From Candidatus Parcubacteria bacterium (GTDB lineage: Bacteria; Patescibacteriota; Patescibacteriia; Patescibacteriales; UBA12075), in NCBI GenBank assembly GCA_023132155.1, contig JAGLYP010000002.1, positions 6,598 to 70,597 on the forward strand: a stretch of 64,000 nt of DNA. Reading direction: 5' to 3'. Below the pieces are notes generated by a model that saw nothing but the letters and a program-made list of their open reading frames with translations, had not been told where the DNA came from and searched no databases. The position numbers and the translations under genes were made by a program. Positions 18,136 through 27,920 of the stretch are shown here, in pieces (positions within the stretch are counted from its first letter, which is position 1; every line of letters begins with the position of its first letter).

Positions 18136-20649
18136 ATGAAAACAGCAAAAAAACAAGAAAAAATGTTTAAAATTCTGAATATAATGCTGATTGCGGTATT
18201 TTTATTCAGTATTTCTATCTGTGTTACATCTCAAAAAAATACAGCCCAAGCTGCTGCCAATTTAATTAAAGAAAGCAGTTTTGAAGGTGATATTGACGCT
18301 TATTGGGGCACTTGGCAAGAAGAAGGTTTAGCTCGCGAATTTGAGTTTTACCGCGCCTATAACGCTCCTTACGGCTATGGATCATATTGTGCCGCGATTG
18401 ACGCTAAAGGAACACCGGGACAAGCGTTTTCAGCTTTATTGTCGTCAGGTAATATAAAAAATAAATTCGCGGTTGACGCAACTAAAGATTATTATTTAAT
18501 TTTTTATGCTCGCTCCACGGTTAATATGGATTTGATAGCATATATGCAGAGAGCTGATTCTCATGATGCGATTACCGAGCATAAAGCAAGAACCATTAAT
18601 AGCCAATGGCAAAAATATGTAATCAGCCTTTCGCCAACCGTAACAACAGACGCATTATTGGCTTTTGTGTATGGCGATATGCCTGATAATGCCACGCTAT
18701 ATCTTGACGGCATTCAAGTTATTGAAGCTAATCTTTCCGTGGCTACCGCCGAGGTAAGAGCTTATATCGGGGATGAAAAATATATAGCTATTAGAAATAT
18801 AAACAATTTTTCTGAAAATGATATAAATATTGAAGTTCCATATTATGATAATTTAACCAAAACAGCTACAACTAAAAAAATTAGCATAAAAAAAATGACT
18901 TCTTCCAACGTTTATTTTGACATGGAGGAAGGCACATATTCGGGGATAGGCAATGTTTATGTTAATGATAATTATGTGGGAAGTTTTAACTATAATGTTT
19001 TATTAAAGCTTAATGCTTTTCATCCCGGTTTTATTCGCGTTGACGAAGATATGGTTGTCAGCGGCAGCGGTTTTATGCCAATGGAATCAGAAAGCGTTTT
19101 TTTGGTGGTAAATGCTTTAAATGAAGAGAAAAGAGTGGTACAAAAATGGATTGAACCGATAACAATGGATTCCAAATTAAGCCAGATGTCGTTTAAGCTG
19201 CCGGTTGGAACGATTTCCGGATCAATGTTTATACAGACTTCATTTTTTAATAAAGACGGAGTTGAAAAAATAAATAAATCCAATTCTTTATCTTATAAAT
19301 TAAAACCGATTGTTTTCGCGACTGATTGGAGCAAAAGGGGCTATGAACATGTCGGTGATAAATTAAGAATTTACGGCAAGGGCTTAGGCACATCCCCGAG
19401 CGTGGTTTATTATGATGCCGAAGGCAATAAGCTGGATATAATAAGAGCCAAAGTTATCAGTATCGGCGATTTGGAGGAAATTGAAGTGCCAACAACAAAA
19501 AAATCCAATAGTTTTGATATTACGATTCTTTCCAATGGCGTTGAATCCGATCGGAGTGAATATTTAAGCTATTTGGCTAAGCCGAAGTTAAAGACTATTA
19601 AAACTAAATACAGCCGCGTAATGTATTCCAGCTCGGAAAGGATTCAGGCCGCTAAAATCGGCGATGAAATAACAATTAACGGCGAAGGTTTTCGATCATC
19701 GGCCATTTCCGCGATAGTGGAATTTCAAGGCTATAATCAAAGAATTATAGTAAATATTGACAATGCGGCAATTAACGCAAACGGAACACAGCTTAAAGTT
19801 ATTGTTCCTTTAGGCGCTCAGAACGGTTATATTAATGTCCGGGTAAATGAAAAAGGTTCAAATTATATGCCGATTGAGATTATTCCAACTGTGATTAGCG
19901 TTTCTCCCGACCCTGTCGTACCTGGCGAAAATATAATTATTACAGCTGACGGCGTTGGAGATAATTTGAATTTAGCAAAAATTCATTTTCAATTAAATAG
20001 CGCGGAGAAAATAACCGTTGCGCCTTACGCGATTGATTTAAGCGGAGCGCAAGCGGTTGTTTACGCTAAAGCGCCAATGGCCATGTCAAATAACGCTACA
20101 AAGGTTACTTTGCAATATGATCGCTGGAGCGATGATGGAAGTTCGGTTTTGAATGTCAGGCCGCATATTAGCGGCGCCAATATTAATATAGATAATAAAA
20201 TTTTATCCATAAAAGGCTATGGCTTTTCCATTAATCCTCGGGAAAATATAATTACATATAAATACGCTGACGAAGACAAAACGGTAATCACTCCGAATGT
20301 AAGAATGCTTGGTGTTTATCCTACCGAAGAAGGCCAGGAAATACGCGTACAAATACTGGATAATTATCATTATGGATTTGTTAGCGTTCAAGTAGGGGAT
20401 TACGCAAGCAATGAAGTAAATTTCGGTCCGACATCAATCCATAATATTGCCAGGCGGATTGAGTATGTTGAAAGCGCTAGCGCGGTAAAAGGCGTGTTAT
20501 ATATTTCCGGATATAATTTCGGTACAAGCGGCGAAGTTTATGTCGGCGATCAGCAAGCGCAAGAGCATTATCGCAGTGAGTTCTTTATTATCGCGGTAAT
20601 TGACGAGCAGTATATTGATAATAATCCAATAGTTGTAACTAGAGAATAG
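18136..20649 (+). CDS. secreted surface protein: N-terminal CBM_4_9-like module plus multiple IPT/TIG-like repeats
   Basis: Signal peptide ending AQAAA. The N-terminal region resembles the C-terminal module of the CHAP protein (W..W...Y.L.F.A......LYLDGIQV). Recurrent G(D/E)x(L/I)xIxGxGF strands. Confidence 0.6.
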   Translation: MKTAKKQEKMFKILNIMLIAVFLFSISICVTSQKNTAQAAANLIKESSFEGDIDAYWGTWQEEGLAREFEFYRAYNAPYGYGSYCAAIDAKGTPGQAFSALLSSGNIKNKFAVDATKDYYLIFYARSTVNMDLIAYMQRADSHDAITEHKARTINSQWQKYVISLSPTVTTDALLAFVYGDMPDNATLYLDGIQVIEANLSVATAEVRAYIGDEKYIAIRNINNFSENDINIEVPYYDNLTKTATTKKISIKKMTSSNVYFDMEEGTYSGIGNVYVNDNYVGSFNYNVLLKLNAFHPGFIRVDEDMVVSGSGFMPMESESVFLVVNALNEEKRVVQKWIEPITMDSKLSQMSFKLPVGTISGSMFIQTSFFNKDGVEKINKSNSLSYKLKPIVFATDWSKRGYEHVGDKLRIYGKGLGTSPSVVYYDAEGNKLDIIRAKVISIGDLEEIEVPTTKKSNSFDITILSNGVESDRSEYLSYLAKPKLKTIKTKYSRVMYSSSERIQAAKIGDEITINGEGFRSSAISAIVEFQGYNQRIIVNIDNAAINANGTQLKVIVPLGAQNGYINVRVNEKGSNYMPIEIIPTVISVSPDPVVPGENIIITADGVGDNLNLAKIHFQLNSAEKITVAPYAIDLSGAQAVVYAKAPMAMSNNATKVTLQYDRWSDDGSSVLNVRPHISGANINIDNKILSIKGYGFSINPRENIITYKYADEDKTVITPNVRMLGVYPTEEGQEIRVQILDNYHYGFVSVQVGDYASNEVNFGPTSIHNIARRIEYVESASAVKGVLYISGYNFGTSGEVYVGDQQAQEHYRSEFFIIAVIDEQYIDNNPIVVTRE

Positions 20650-20718
20650 GTAATTAGGAAACAGAATGTGTCTTGACAGAAAGCGTAAAATAGTTTTAAG
20701 TTTTTAATATAAAGATAA

Positions 20719-21843
20719 ATGAAAATAGCGATAATCGGACAAAAAGGCATTCCGTCTGTTTCCGGAGGAGTGGAAACGCATGTTGAGGAATTGTCTGTAA
20801 AATTGGCAAAAAAAGGGCATGAAGTATATGTTTATACCCGGCCTAATTATACTGATAAAAATTTGAAAGAATATAAGGGAGTTAATTTAATCAGTTTGCC
20901 AAGCATCCCAACTAAGCATTTGGACGCGATCAGCCATACTTTTTTTGCTTGTTTAGATGTGCTTCGCAGAGATGTTGATATTATACATTTTCATTCAATC
21001 GGTCCGTCGTTTTTAATTTGGCTGATTAAGATATTAAAACCGAAAACTCCTGTTGCGGCGACTTTCCACACTTTGTGCTATCAACATAAAAAATGGAAAC
21101 CGTTTGCCAGATTCAGCTTGAAACTGGGGGAGCATGTGTGCTGTAATATGGCGGACAAGGTAATTGCCATTTCCAATGGCCTAAAAGATTATGTTTTTAA
21201 AAAATATAAAAAAGAAGCTGAGTATATACCGAATGGCGTTAATAAAAGTGAATTTTATAAAGCCGAAGAAATTAAGCGAAAATGGGGGCTTGAAAAAAAT
21301 TCATACATAATTATAGTTTCACGCTTAATTCAGCACAAAGGCATTCATTACGCGATTAAAGCATTTAAAAAAATAAATACCGATAAAAAATTAGTGATTG
21401 TCGGTGACGGATTTTTTACCGATACTTACACAGAAGAACTGCGCGCCTTGGCGGTTGATGATAAAAGAATAATTTTTACCGGCAGCCAAAATGGAAATGT
21501 TTTAAAAGAACTTTTTTCAAATGCTTATGCGTTCATCCAACCTTCAGAATCGGAAGGTTTGTCTATTTCGCTTTTGGAGGCTATGTCATACGGACTGGGA
21601 GTGCTGGTAAGCGATATTCCCGAGAATCTGGAGCCGATTGAAGATACCGGTTTTAGTTTTAAAAATAAAAATGTTGATGATTTGGCAAAAAAAATAAATT
21701 ATATTATTAATCATCCGGAAGAGTTAAAAAATAAAGGGGCCTTGGCTAAGAAAAGAGTTGAAGAAAATTACAACTGGGATGTTATTGTTGATAGGGTTTT
21801 AGGGGTTTATCAGAAGGCCATTAAAGATAAAAAAGGGTTGTAA
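20719..21843 (+). CDS. family 4 (GT-B) glycosyltransferase
   Basis: KIAIIGQKGIPSVSGGVETHVEEL at the N-terminus. PSESEGLSISLLEAMSYG motif. Confidence 0.8.
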   Translation: MKIAIIGQKGIPSVSGGVETHVEELSVKLAKKGHEVYVYTRPNYTDKNLKEYKGVNLISLPSIPTKHLDAISHTFFACLDVLRRDVDIIHFHSIGPSFLIWLIKILKPKTPVAATFHTLCYQHKKWKPFARFSLKLGEHVCCNMADKVIAISNGLKDYVFKKYKKEAEYIPNGVNKSEFYKAEEIKRKWGLEKNSYIIIVSRLIQHKGIHYAIKAFKKINTDKKLVIVGDGFFTDTYTEELRALAVDDKRIIFTGSQNGNVLKELFSNAYAFIQPSESEGLSISLLEAMSYGLGVLVSDIPENLEPIEDTGFSFKNKNVDDLAKKINYIINHPEELKNKGALAKKRVEENYNWDVIVDRVLGVYQKAIKDKKGL

Positions 21844-21856
21844 ATTTTGTTATATA

Positions 21857-21900
21857 AAAGCTAAGTCAAGTAAACACCTAGCTTAGCTTTTTTATTTTTT
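21857..21900 (+). terminator. rho-independent terminator
   Basis: AAAGCTAAG ... CTTAGCTTT followed by a T-run. Confidence 0.55.
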
Positions 21901-21918
21901 TTCTGTTATTATATTTAT

Positions 21919-22284
21919 ATGACTCTCCATATAGACACAAGCAAAAATAATTTAATATATCTGGCCTTAAAAAATGGCGATGAATTAATTTTGGAAAAGA
22001 AAATTACCGTGCGATATAATCAAGCGGAAAAATTATTGCCCGGAATTGATGAGATTTTAAAATCGGCAAATAGTGATATAGCGAAGATTCAAGAGATTAT
22101 AGTTGTTAATTCAGGCGAGGGTTTTACTGCCTTAAGAATTGGCATAATTACGGCAAACGCGCTTGGTTTTGCTTTAAATATTCCGGTTTTTAGCAGTGAT
22201 AATAAGCAGATAAAAAGTAATTATGATTTTAGCGTTATTGAGCCAAAATATAAAAAAGAACCTAATATTACAACAAGGAACTAA
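21919..22284 (+). CDS. tsaB: TsaB-like protein (N-terminal domain only)
   Basis: 121 aa. IDTS at the N-terminus and SGEGFTALRIGIITANALGFALNIPV (cf. GPGSFTG[LV]RIG of TsaB). The last two codons and the stop (AGG AAC TAA) lie inside palindrome P1a. Confidence 0.55.
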   Translation: MTLHIDTSKNNLIYLALKNGDELILEKKITVRYNQAEKLLPGIDEILKSANSDIAKIQEIIVVNSGEGFTALRIGIITANALGFALNIPVFSSDNKQIKSNYDFSVIEPKYKKEPNITTRN

Positions 22285-22359
22285 GTACCTACGATTTCTT
22301 TTGTTAACTTGGGTTTTAAAACCCAAGTTAACAAAAGAAATCGTAGGTACTTAGTTCCT
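22276..22359. repeat. perfect 84-bp palindrome, family P1 (copy a)
   Basis: AGGAACTAAGTACCTACGATTTCTTTTGTTAACTTGGGTTTT | AAAACCCAAGTTAACAAAAGAAATCGTAGGTACTTAGTTCCT. Two 42-nt arms with no mismatch and no loop. Confidence 0.95.
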
Positions 22360-22530
22360 GATTAATCATTGACAAATATCAATAAATATTATAACTTATA
22401 TATGTGGTGAAAGCCCATTTTTTTATTTAATAAACTTAAAATTAACTTCCAATTACTTATTATTTTTCCTTGATAATTTAATTTTTTAAATTATTAAATA
22501 ATAAGAAAATGGATTTAAAGGAAAAAAATT

Positions 22531-23223
22531 ATGTCAACAATTCCAACAATTGAACAGATGCTTAAAGCGGGTATGCATTTTGGGCATCGCACCAGCAAAT
22601 GGCATCCTAAAATGGAGCCGTTTATTTTTGACGCTCGCAATGGCGTGCATATTATTGATTTAATAAAATCAAGAAAAATGCTGGAAGAAGCGCTTGATTT
22701 TATTAAAAAATTAGTATCTGACGGCAAAATAATCATGTTTGTCGGCACAAAAATTCAGGCAAAAAAAATAATTGAAAAAACCGCCAAAGAATGTGAAATG
22801 CCGTATGTGCATGAAAAATGGATGGGCGGCTGTTTAACTAATTTTTTAGTGATTAAAAAAGTTATTAAGAAATATAACGACTTAATTCGCGATAAGGCTG
22901 TCGGCAAATTGGAAAAATATACTAAAAAAGAAAGAGTTGATATTGATAAAGATTTGGCAAAATTAAAATTAAAAGTCGGCGGCTTAACTAATTTAAACCG
23001 TTTGCCGGACGCGTTATTTATTTGGGATATTAACGAAGAAAAAACAGCCGTCACCGAGGCTAAAAAGAAGAATATTCCCATAATCGCGGTTTGTGATACT
23101 AATACCAACCCAAAAGATATAAATTATATTATTCCGGCTAATGACGACGCCGCTAAAACAATCAAATTAATTTTAAACACCGTAAAAGATGCTATTATTG
23201 ACGCAAAGAAAATAAAAAAATAA
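22531..23223 (+). CDS. rpsB: 30S ribosomal protein S2
   Basis: MLKAGMHFGHRTSKWHPKM, and the IIAVCDTNTNP motif. Confidence 0.95.
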   Translation: MSTIPTIEQMLKAGMHFGHRTSKWHPKMEPFIFDARNGVHIIDLIKSRKMLEEALDFIKKLVSDGKIIMFVGTKIQAKKIIEKTAKECEMPYVHEKWMGGCLTNFLVIKKVIKKYNDLIRDKAVGKLEKYTKKERVDIDKDLAKLKLKVGGLTNLNRLPDALFIWDINEEKTAVTEAKKKNIPIIAVCDTNTNPKDINYIIPANDDAAKTIKLILNTVKDAIIDAKKIKK

Positions 23224-23325
23224 ATTATTTAGTTAATTGGGGAATTAGTGAATTAGTTAATTGGGATATAATTAAAATACTCTTTTAAATTCCTAATTAA
23301 CTATTCAACTAATTAACTAACACAT

Positions 23326-24120
23326 ATGGAAAAAATTAAAAAATTACGAGAGCAAACAGGAGCCGGAATAGTTGACTGTAAAAAAGCCTTGGATGAGGCT
23401 AATGGCGATATTGAAAAAGCAACGGAAATTTTGCGGAAAAAAGGCATTGCCAAAGCGGCTAAGCGCGGAGAAAGGGAAGCGGGCGAAGGAATTATTAAGA
23501 CAGCGGTTAATGATGAAAAAAACGAAGGTTATATTTTAGAAATAAACGCTGAAACTGATTTTGTCGTCCGCAATGAAAAATTTCAGGATTTTACCAATAA
23601 AGTTTTTCAAATTATTAAAGACAAGAAACCGACAGGTTTGGATGAACTTTTTGGTTTGGAAATGGAAGGCGTAAGCGTTAAAGACGCAGTTGATAGTTTA
23701 AGCGGAACTATTGGAGAAAAAATCAGCATCAGCCGTTTTGATATTTTGAGCGGTCCAACCGTTGCCTGCTACAAGCATTTAGGCGGTAGAATCGGCGTTT
23801 TATTGTCATTGGATAGGGCGGGAAAAGATGATTTGGCCTATGATTTGGCTATGCATACGGCAGCGGCCAATCCGCGCTATTTAAAACCGGAAGAAGTTAA
23901 AGAGGAAGAAGTAAATAAAGAAAAAGAAATTTATCAAGAGCAATTAAAGGCGGAAGGCAAGCCGGAACAGATTATTGGCAAGATTTTAGAGGGTAAAATT
24001 AATAAATTTTATGAAGAGGTTTGCTTGCTTAAACAAGAGTATATTAAAGATGACAAAAAAAAGGTTGAAGAAATTTTAGGAGGAGCAAATATAGAAAAAT
24101 ATATTCGTTATAGCTTGTAG
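23326..24120 (+). CDS. tsf: elongation factor Ts
   Basis: IKKLREQTGAGIVDCKKALDEANGDIEKA (UBA-like N-terminus), AETDFV, and synteny with rpsB. Confidence 0.95.
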   Translation: MEKIKKLREQTGAGIVDCKKALDEANGDIEKATEILRKKGIAKAAKRGEREAGEGIIKTAVNDEKNEGYILEINAETDFVVRNEKFQDFTNKVFQIIKDKKPTGLDELFGLEMEGVSVKDAVDSLSGTIGEKISISRFDILSGPTVACYKHLGGRIGVLLSLDRAGKDDLAYDLAMHTAAANPRYLKPEEVKEEEVNKEKEIYQEQLKAEGKPEQIIGKILEGKINKFYEEVCLLKQEYIKDDKKKVEEILGGANIEKYIRYSL

Positions 24121-24204
24121 ATTATTAGCTTAACGTAAAGGAATTTGAATATTAATATTCGGATGTCCCGCATTTGTAGCGCGGGTTCGCGAAGCGAATA
24201 ACTT

Positions 24205-25068
24205 ATGAAAATCGCTAAAGTAAAATTTATTGATTGGGACAAAGAATATAATTTTTCTTTTAATGGTTTGGAATTGAAAGAAGGCGACAAGGTGGTGGTT
24301 AAAACCGAATTAGGTTTGGAGCTGGGTGATGTTGTTGGTTTTAGCGATTTGGATGATAGTGAATATGTTTTGGAAAGTGAAGCGGGCGAGACCGATGAAA
24401 ATGGCGAGCAGACGGAAAAAAATATTATAAAACCGATATTAAGAAAGGCGGTATTGCGTGATTTAGAGAAAATGGTGTCTTTTGATGAAAAGAAAGAGGC
24501 TTTGGAAGTTTGCCGTAAAACCAAGGATCGGCATGATTTGCCAATGAAATTTATTGATGTTCATTATTCTTTTGACGGTTCTCGCGTTACTTTTGCTTTT
24601 ATTGCCGATGGCCGGATTGATTTTCGCGAGTTAGTAAAAGATTTAACAAGGCATTTTGGCAAAACCATTCGTTTGCAGCAAATCGGCATTCGTGATGAAG
24701 CGAAAATAATGGGCGATGTCGGCCATTGCGGGCAAAGACTTTGTTGCCGCGGGCATTTAAAAAATTTAGAATCAATAACATCGGAGATGGCGGATATCCA
24801 GGGTTGCGCCCATCGCGGTTCTGACAGAATCTCCGGAGTATGCGGGCGATTGATGTGCTGTCTGGCTTATGAACAGCGCGGGTATGAGGAATTGGTTAAG
24901 AATTTGCCGCCCATTGGAGCCAAGGTTAATGTTGACGGTAAGCGCGGAATTGTTGTCGGCCATAATCCCTTAAAACAAGCGGTTAAGGTTGAGTTTCAAA
25001 GCGATGGTGAAAATGGCGGCAGGGTTGTTGTTGAAGTTGATTTGAATCGGCATAAAAAACAGATATAA
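24205..25068 (+). CDS. PSP1 C-terminal domain protein (RicT/YaaT-like)
   Basis: ILRKA..RD, the IRLQQIG region, and the Cys cluster CGQRLCC...CGRLMCCLAYE. Confidence 0.7.
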   Translation: MKIAKVKFIDWDKEYNFSFNGLELKEGDKVVVKTELGLELGDVVGFSDLDDSEYVLESEAGETDENGEQTEKNIIKPILRKAVLRDLEKMVSFDEKKEALEVCRKTKDRHDLPMKFIDVHYSFDGSRVTFAFIADGRIDFRELVKDLTRHFGKTIRLQQIGIRDEAKIMGDVGHCGQRLCCRGHLKNLESITSEMADIQGCAHRGSDRISGVCGRLMCCLAYEQRGYEELVKNLPPIGAKVNVDGKRGIVVGHNPLKQAVKVEFQSDGENGGRVVVEVDLNRHKKQI

Positions 25069-25169
25069 TGCCAATCTGCGAATAAATGCTAATCTAGCGA
25101 ATTGCTAATATAATATATTCGTACATTAGCAATTAGCGGCATTCGCGTTTATTCGCAGATTGGCATTAT
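25065..25169. repeat. 105-bp palindrome, family P2 (copy b), shared by convergent genes
   Basis: Outer 22-bp arms are perfect (ATAATGCCAATCTGCGAATAAA / TTTATTCGCAGATTGGCATTAT); the inner part is imperfect. Shares the GCGAATAAATGCTAAT and GCGAATTGCTAAT words with 11781-11871. Confidence 0.8.
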
Positions 25170-27110
25170 ATTTTTTATAAATTTAAAAATATAAACCTCG
25201 CCATTGTCAATTTTTTGCCAAGAATCGGCTTCAAGTTTTGCTTCGGCAAGAATTTTATCAAAAGCCCACCAGTATTTATTTAAAACAAAATATCCGGTGT
25301 TAACCCCAACTAAATCCATGGCGGCTTCCATTGTTTTTTTATTTGGCTTTTTGTAAACCATATCTAAATAATACAGATAAAGACTGCCGCCGGTTGGAAT
25401 CGGGTAATAAAAAATTTCTTCTTCAGCGCTTTGATAATATTTTTTAAAGCCAAAACTGTAAAGGCTGGCAACGCTGGTTTGTTGGTTAGCTAAAACAACA
25501 AAATCTTCTTTTGTATTATATTCTATCCATTTAACCGCGTTTAAATCGCTTTTGCCAACTGAATAGCCGTGAGAATTAAAGTAATGGTCATAGCGCGGAT
25601 AAGAAAAATATAAAGATACGCATATTAGTAGACAGAAAAAGCCTAGAAGCGAGTATTTGATAACTTTATTTTGCGCGAGTATTTTTATTATTAATTGATA
25701 AAAAGCGATTACAATAAACGGTAGCAGAAAAAAGCAGGCCGAAGTTAAAATTCGCTTGCTGTAATTTGCTTGTTCATAGTTGATAAGAAAAGCAAAAGAA
25801 AGTTTTGTGCTTAAAAGGTAGGAAGAAAATAACGCTAAGGATGAAAAAAAATAGAGTGCTAATATTCGGCATTCTTTTTTGTGTTTCAGAGCGATAATTA
25901 TTCCGCTGATAACAAAAAATATTAAAATATATTTAATATTAAATATGAAAAAATATACTGTATTTAAAATGATATTTTCTTTGTCTGGGAGAGAAAATTT
26001 TAAGCAGCTAAAAGAAAAAGTTTCCTGGCTTGTTGAAATGTCTGCCGGTTTTTTTGTATTTTTTTCAAAAAAGAAAAAAGCTAAAGGAAGAGCCAATGCT
26101 AGACTTGAATAAATTATAAAATATCCAAATTTTTTAATTTTTAGCTTGTTATTATAAATTATGATTAAACAGCTGAAAAGCAGAGCGGGAATACCGGCAA
26201 GCGGATGGATAAAAAAAGCGGTCGCGGATAATAAAAAGATGTTTATATAATCAAGAGCGTATTTGCACTTAAGCGAGTAGGCCAGAGTTAAAATTAAAAA
26301 GACGTAAGCTAAATTTTGCGGAGTAGTAACAATTAAAAAAGAAAAAGGCAATATTAATAAAAAAAGAATTGATAGTTGAATAATTTTTTTGTTTTCCAGC
26401 CATTTTGTCAGAACTGAAAGCATAGCGGCCGGTAAAATTATCCCCCCAAAAAAAGGAACTAAAATTTTATCTAAATAAACGATTGGAATTAACGTAATTT
26501 TATTCAGCACCACCACTAAAGCGTATTGTCCTAAATAATAAAATGGCTTAGGATTGACTTCGCCGGTTTTACTGATTAACTCTTCGGTAGCTTGGTGGAT
26601 GAAGGGATCAAAACCATAACCGATTTTGTATATTATTAAAGCAATTGAAAAACTTAAGAAGTAATGAAAAATTATTAAAAGATTTGCCAAGGGCTTGTTT
26701 TTGATGATAATAAACATCAAACAAGCGGTAAGCATAAAGTATAGCGCGTAAAAAATATAGGGGATTGTCTGCCAAGGTGAAATAATAGCTTCTGCTGTTC
26801 TTGAGATAAACAATATATAAGCGGACGCTGTAAATAAAAGCAGATATATAATCGGGGCGAAAAACGCAAAAAAAGTTTTTTTCCGCTTTTCTGTTTTTAT
26901 AATGTTTGTTTTTGGTTTGATTATTATTTGCTTGTTGAATTTTTTTGTAAAGCGGAGTATAATTATAAATGATAAAAAGGCTAATATTAAAATAATAATT
27001 ACGCCGGTAATATTTAATTTATATAGGCGATAGATAATTGCTCCCCAAGAAACAAAAAGACTGAGGGCAATCAGAAGATATTTTAAGATTTTATCAAATT
27101 TAATTGGCAT
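25149..27110 (-). CDS. large polytopic membrane protein, function unknown (possibly GT-C-like)
   Basis: 653 aa with more than 12 hydrophobic helices and a soluble C-terminal domain. The last six codons (IMPICE) and the stop lie inside palindrome P2b. Confidence 0.45.
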   Translation of the reverse strand: MPIKFDKILKYLLIALSLFVSWGAIIYRLYKLNITGVIIILILAFLSFIIILRFTKKFNKQIIIKPKTNIIKTEKRKKTFFAFFAPIIYLLLFTASAYILFISRTAEAIISPWQTIPYIFYALYFMLTACLMFIIIKNKPLANLLIIFHYFLSFSIALIIYKIGYGFDPFIHQATEELISKTGEVNPKPFYYLGQYALVVVLNKITLIPIVYLDKILVPFFGGIILPAAMLSVLTKWLENKKIIQLSILFLLILPFSFLIVTTPQNLAYVFLILTLAYSLKCKYALDYINIFLLSATAFFIHPLAGIPALLFSCLIIIYNNKLKIKKFGYFIIYSSLALALPLAFFFFEKNTKKPADISTSQETFSFSCLKFSLPDKENIILNTVYFFIFNIKYILIFFVISGIIIALKHKKECRILALYFFSSLALFSSYLLSTKLSFAFLINYEQANYSKRILTSACFFLLPFIVIAFYQLIIKILAQNKVIKYSLLGFFCLLICVSLYFSYPRYDHYFNSHGYSVGKSDLNAVKWIEYNTKEDFVVLANQQTSVASLYSFGFKKYYQSAEEEIFYYPIPTGGSLYLYYLDMVYKKPNKKTMEAAMDLVGVNTGYFVLNKYWWAFDKILAEAKLEADSWQKIDNGEVYIFKFIKNIMPICE

Positions 27111-27212
27111 TATTTTTAATTGTTTTAATATTTTTAATTATATAATATTTTTCGTAATTTTGCTAATTCATCTTACGCATCACAAAAGAAAATATAAGTT
27201 AATAATAAATAA

Positions 27213-27800
27213 ATGTTTGATAAAAGTTTTCAAAAAGCGGAAAAAATATTTTTTCATGATAAAGTGTTGGCTGCTACAATTTTGAAATTAATTCCAAAGC
27301 GCGTTCAACCGAACCATATAACGATATTTCGTCTTATGGCTACGCCGATAGTAATATTTTTAATGATTTCCGAGAAATATTATATTGGTTTATGGGCGTT
27401 TTTGTTAACAGCTTTTACTGACGCGATTGACGGATCTTTGGCAAGAACAAGAAATCAAATAACTGACTGGGGCAAGATGTACGATCCGCTGGCTGATAAA
27501 ATTTTGATTGGCAGCATGGTTTTTATTATTGTGTTAAGATATGTTGATTTTTGGACCGCGATAATTATAATTGGCATTGAAATAATTATTATTATTGCCG
27601 CATGGGCAAGAAAGGGAAAAGGGCAAGAGATACAGGCGAATATTTGGGGTAAAATTAAGATGAATCTGCAAGTTTTAGGCGTGGCAATATTGCTTTTGGC
27701 GGTTGTGTTTGACTGGGCAAGCCTTTTACCTTTAGCCTCAAAAGCGCTTTATTTGGCAATCGCGTTTGCAGTTGTGAGTTTATTGACGCATGGAATATAG
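27213..27800 (+). CDS. CDP-alcohol phosphatidyltransferase family protein
   Basis: The DAIDGSLARTRNQITDWGKMYDPLADK motif matches D(x)2DG(x)2AR(x)8G(x)3D(x)3D. Confidence 0.75.
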   Translation: MFDKSFQKAEKIFFHDKVLAATILKLIPKRVQPNHITIFRLMATPIVIFLMISEKYYIGLWAFLLTAFTDAIDGSLARTRNQITDWGKMYDPLADKILIGSMVFIIVLRYVDFWTAIIIIGIEIIIIIAAWARKGKGQEIQANIWGKIKMNLQVLGVAILLLAVVFDWASLLPLASKALYLAIAFAVVSLLTHGI

Positions 27801-27840
27801 TAGGGAACAAAAATTTTTGTTCTCAAATATAAAAACAACC

Positions 27841-27880
27841 CCGCCCCTCGCGAGGGGCGGGGTTGTTTTTTTTAAGAATA
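27841..27880 (+). terminator. perfect 40-bp palindrome / terminator, family P3
   Basis: AAAAACAACCCCGCCCCTCG | CGAGGGGCGGGGTTGTTTTT followed by a T-run. Confidence 0.85.
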
Positions 27881-27920
27881 TCTGCTAGTATTAAATAATA
27901 ATTTTTAATACTATTTTTTA

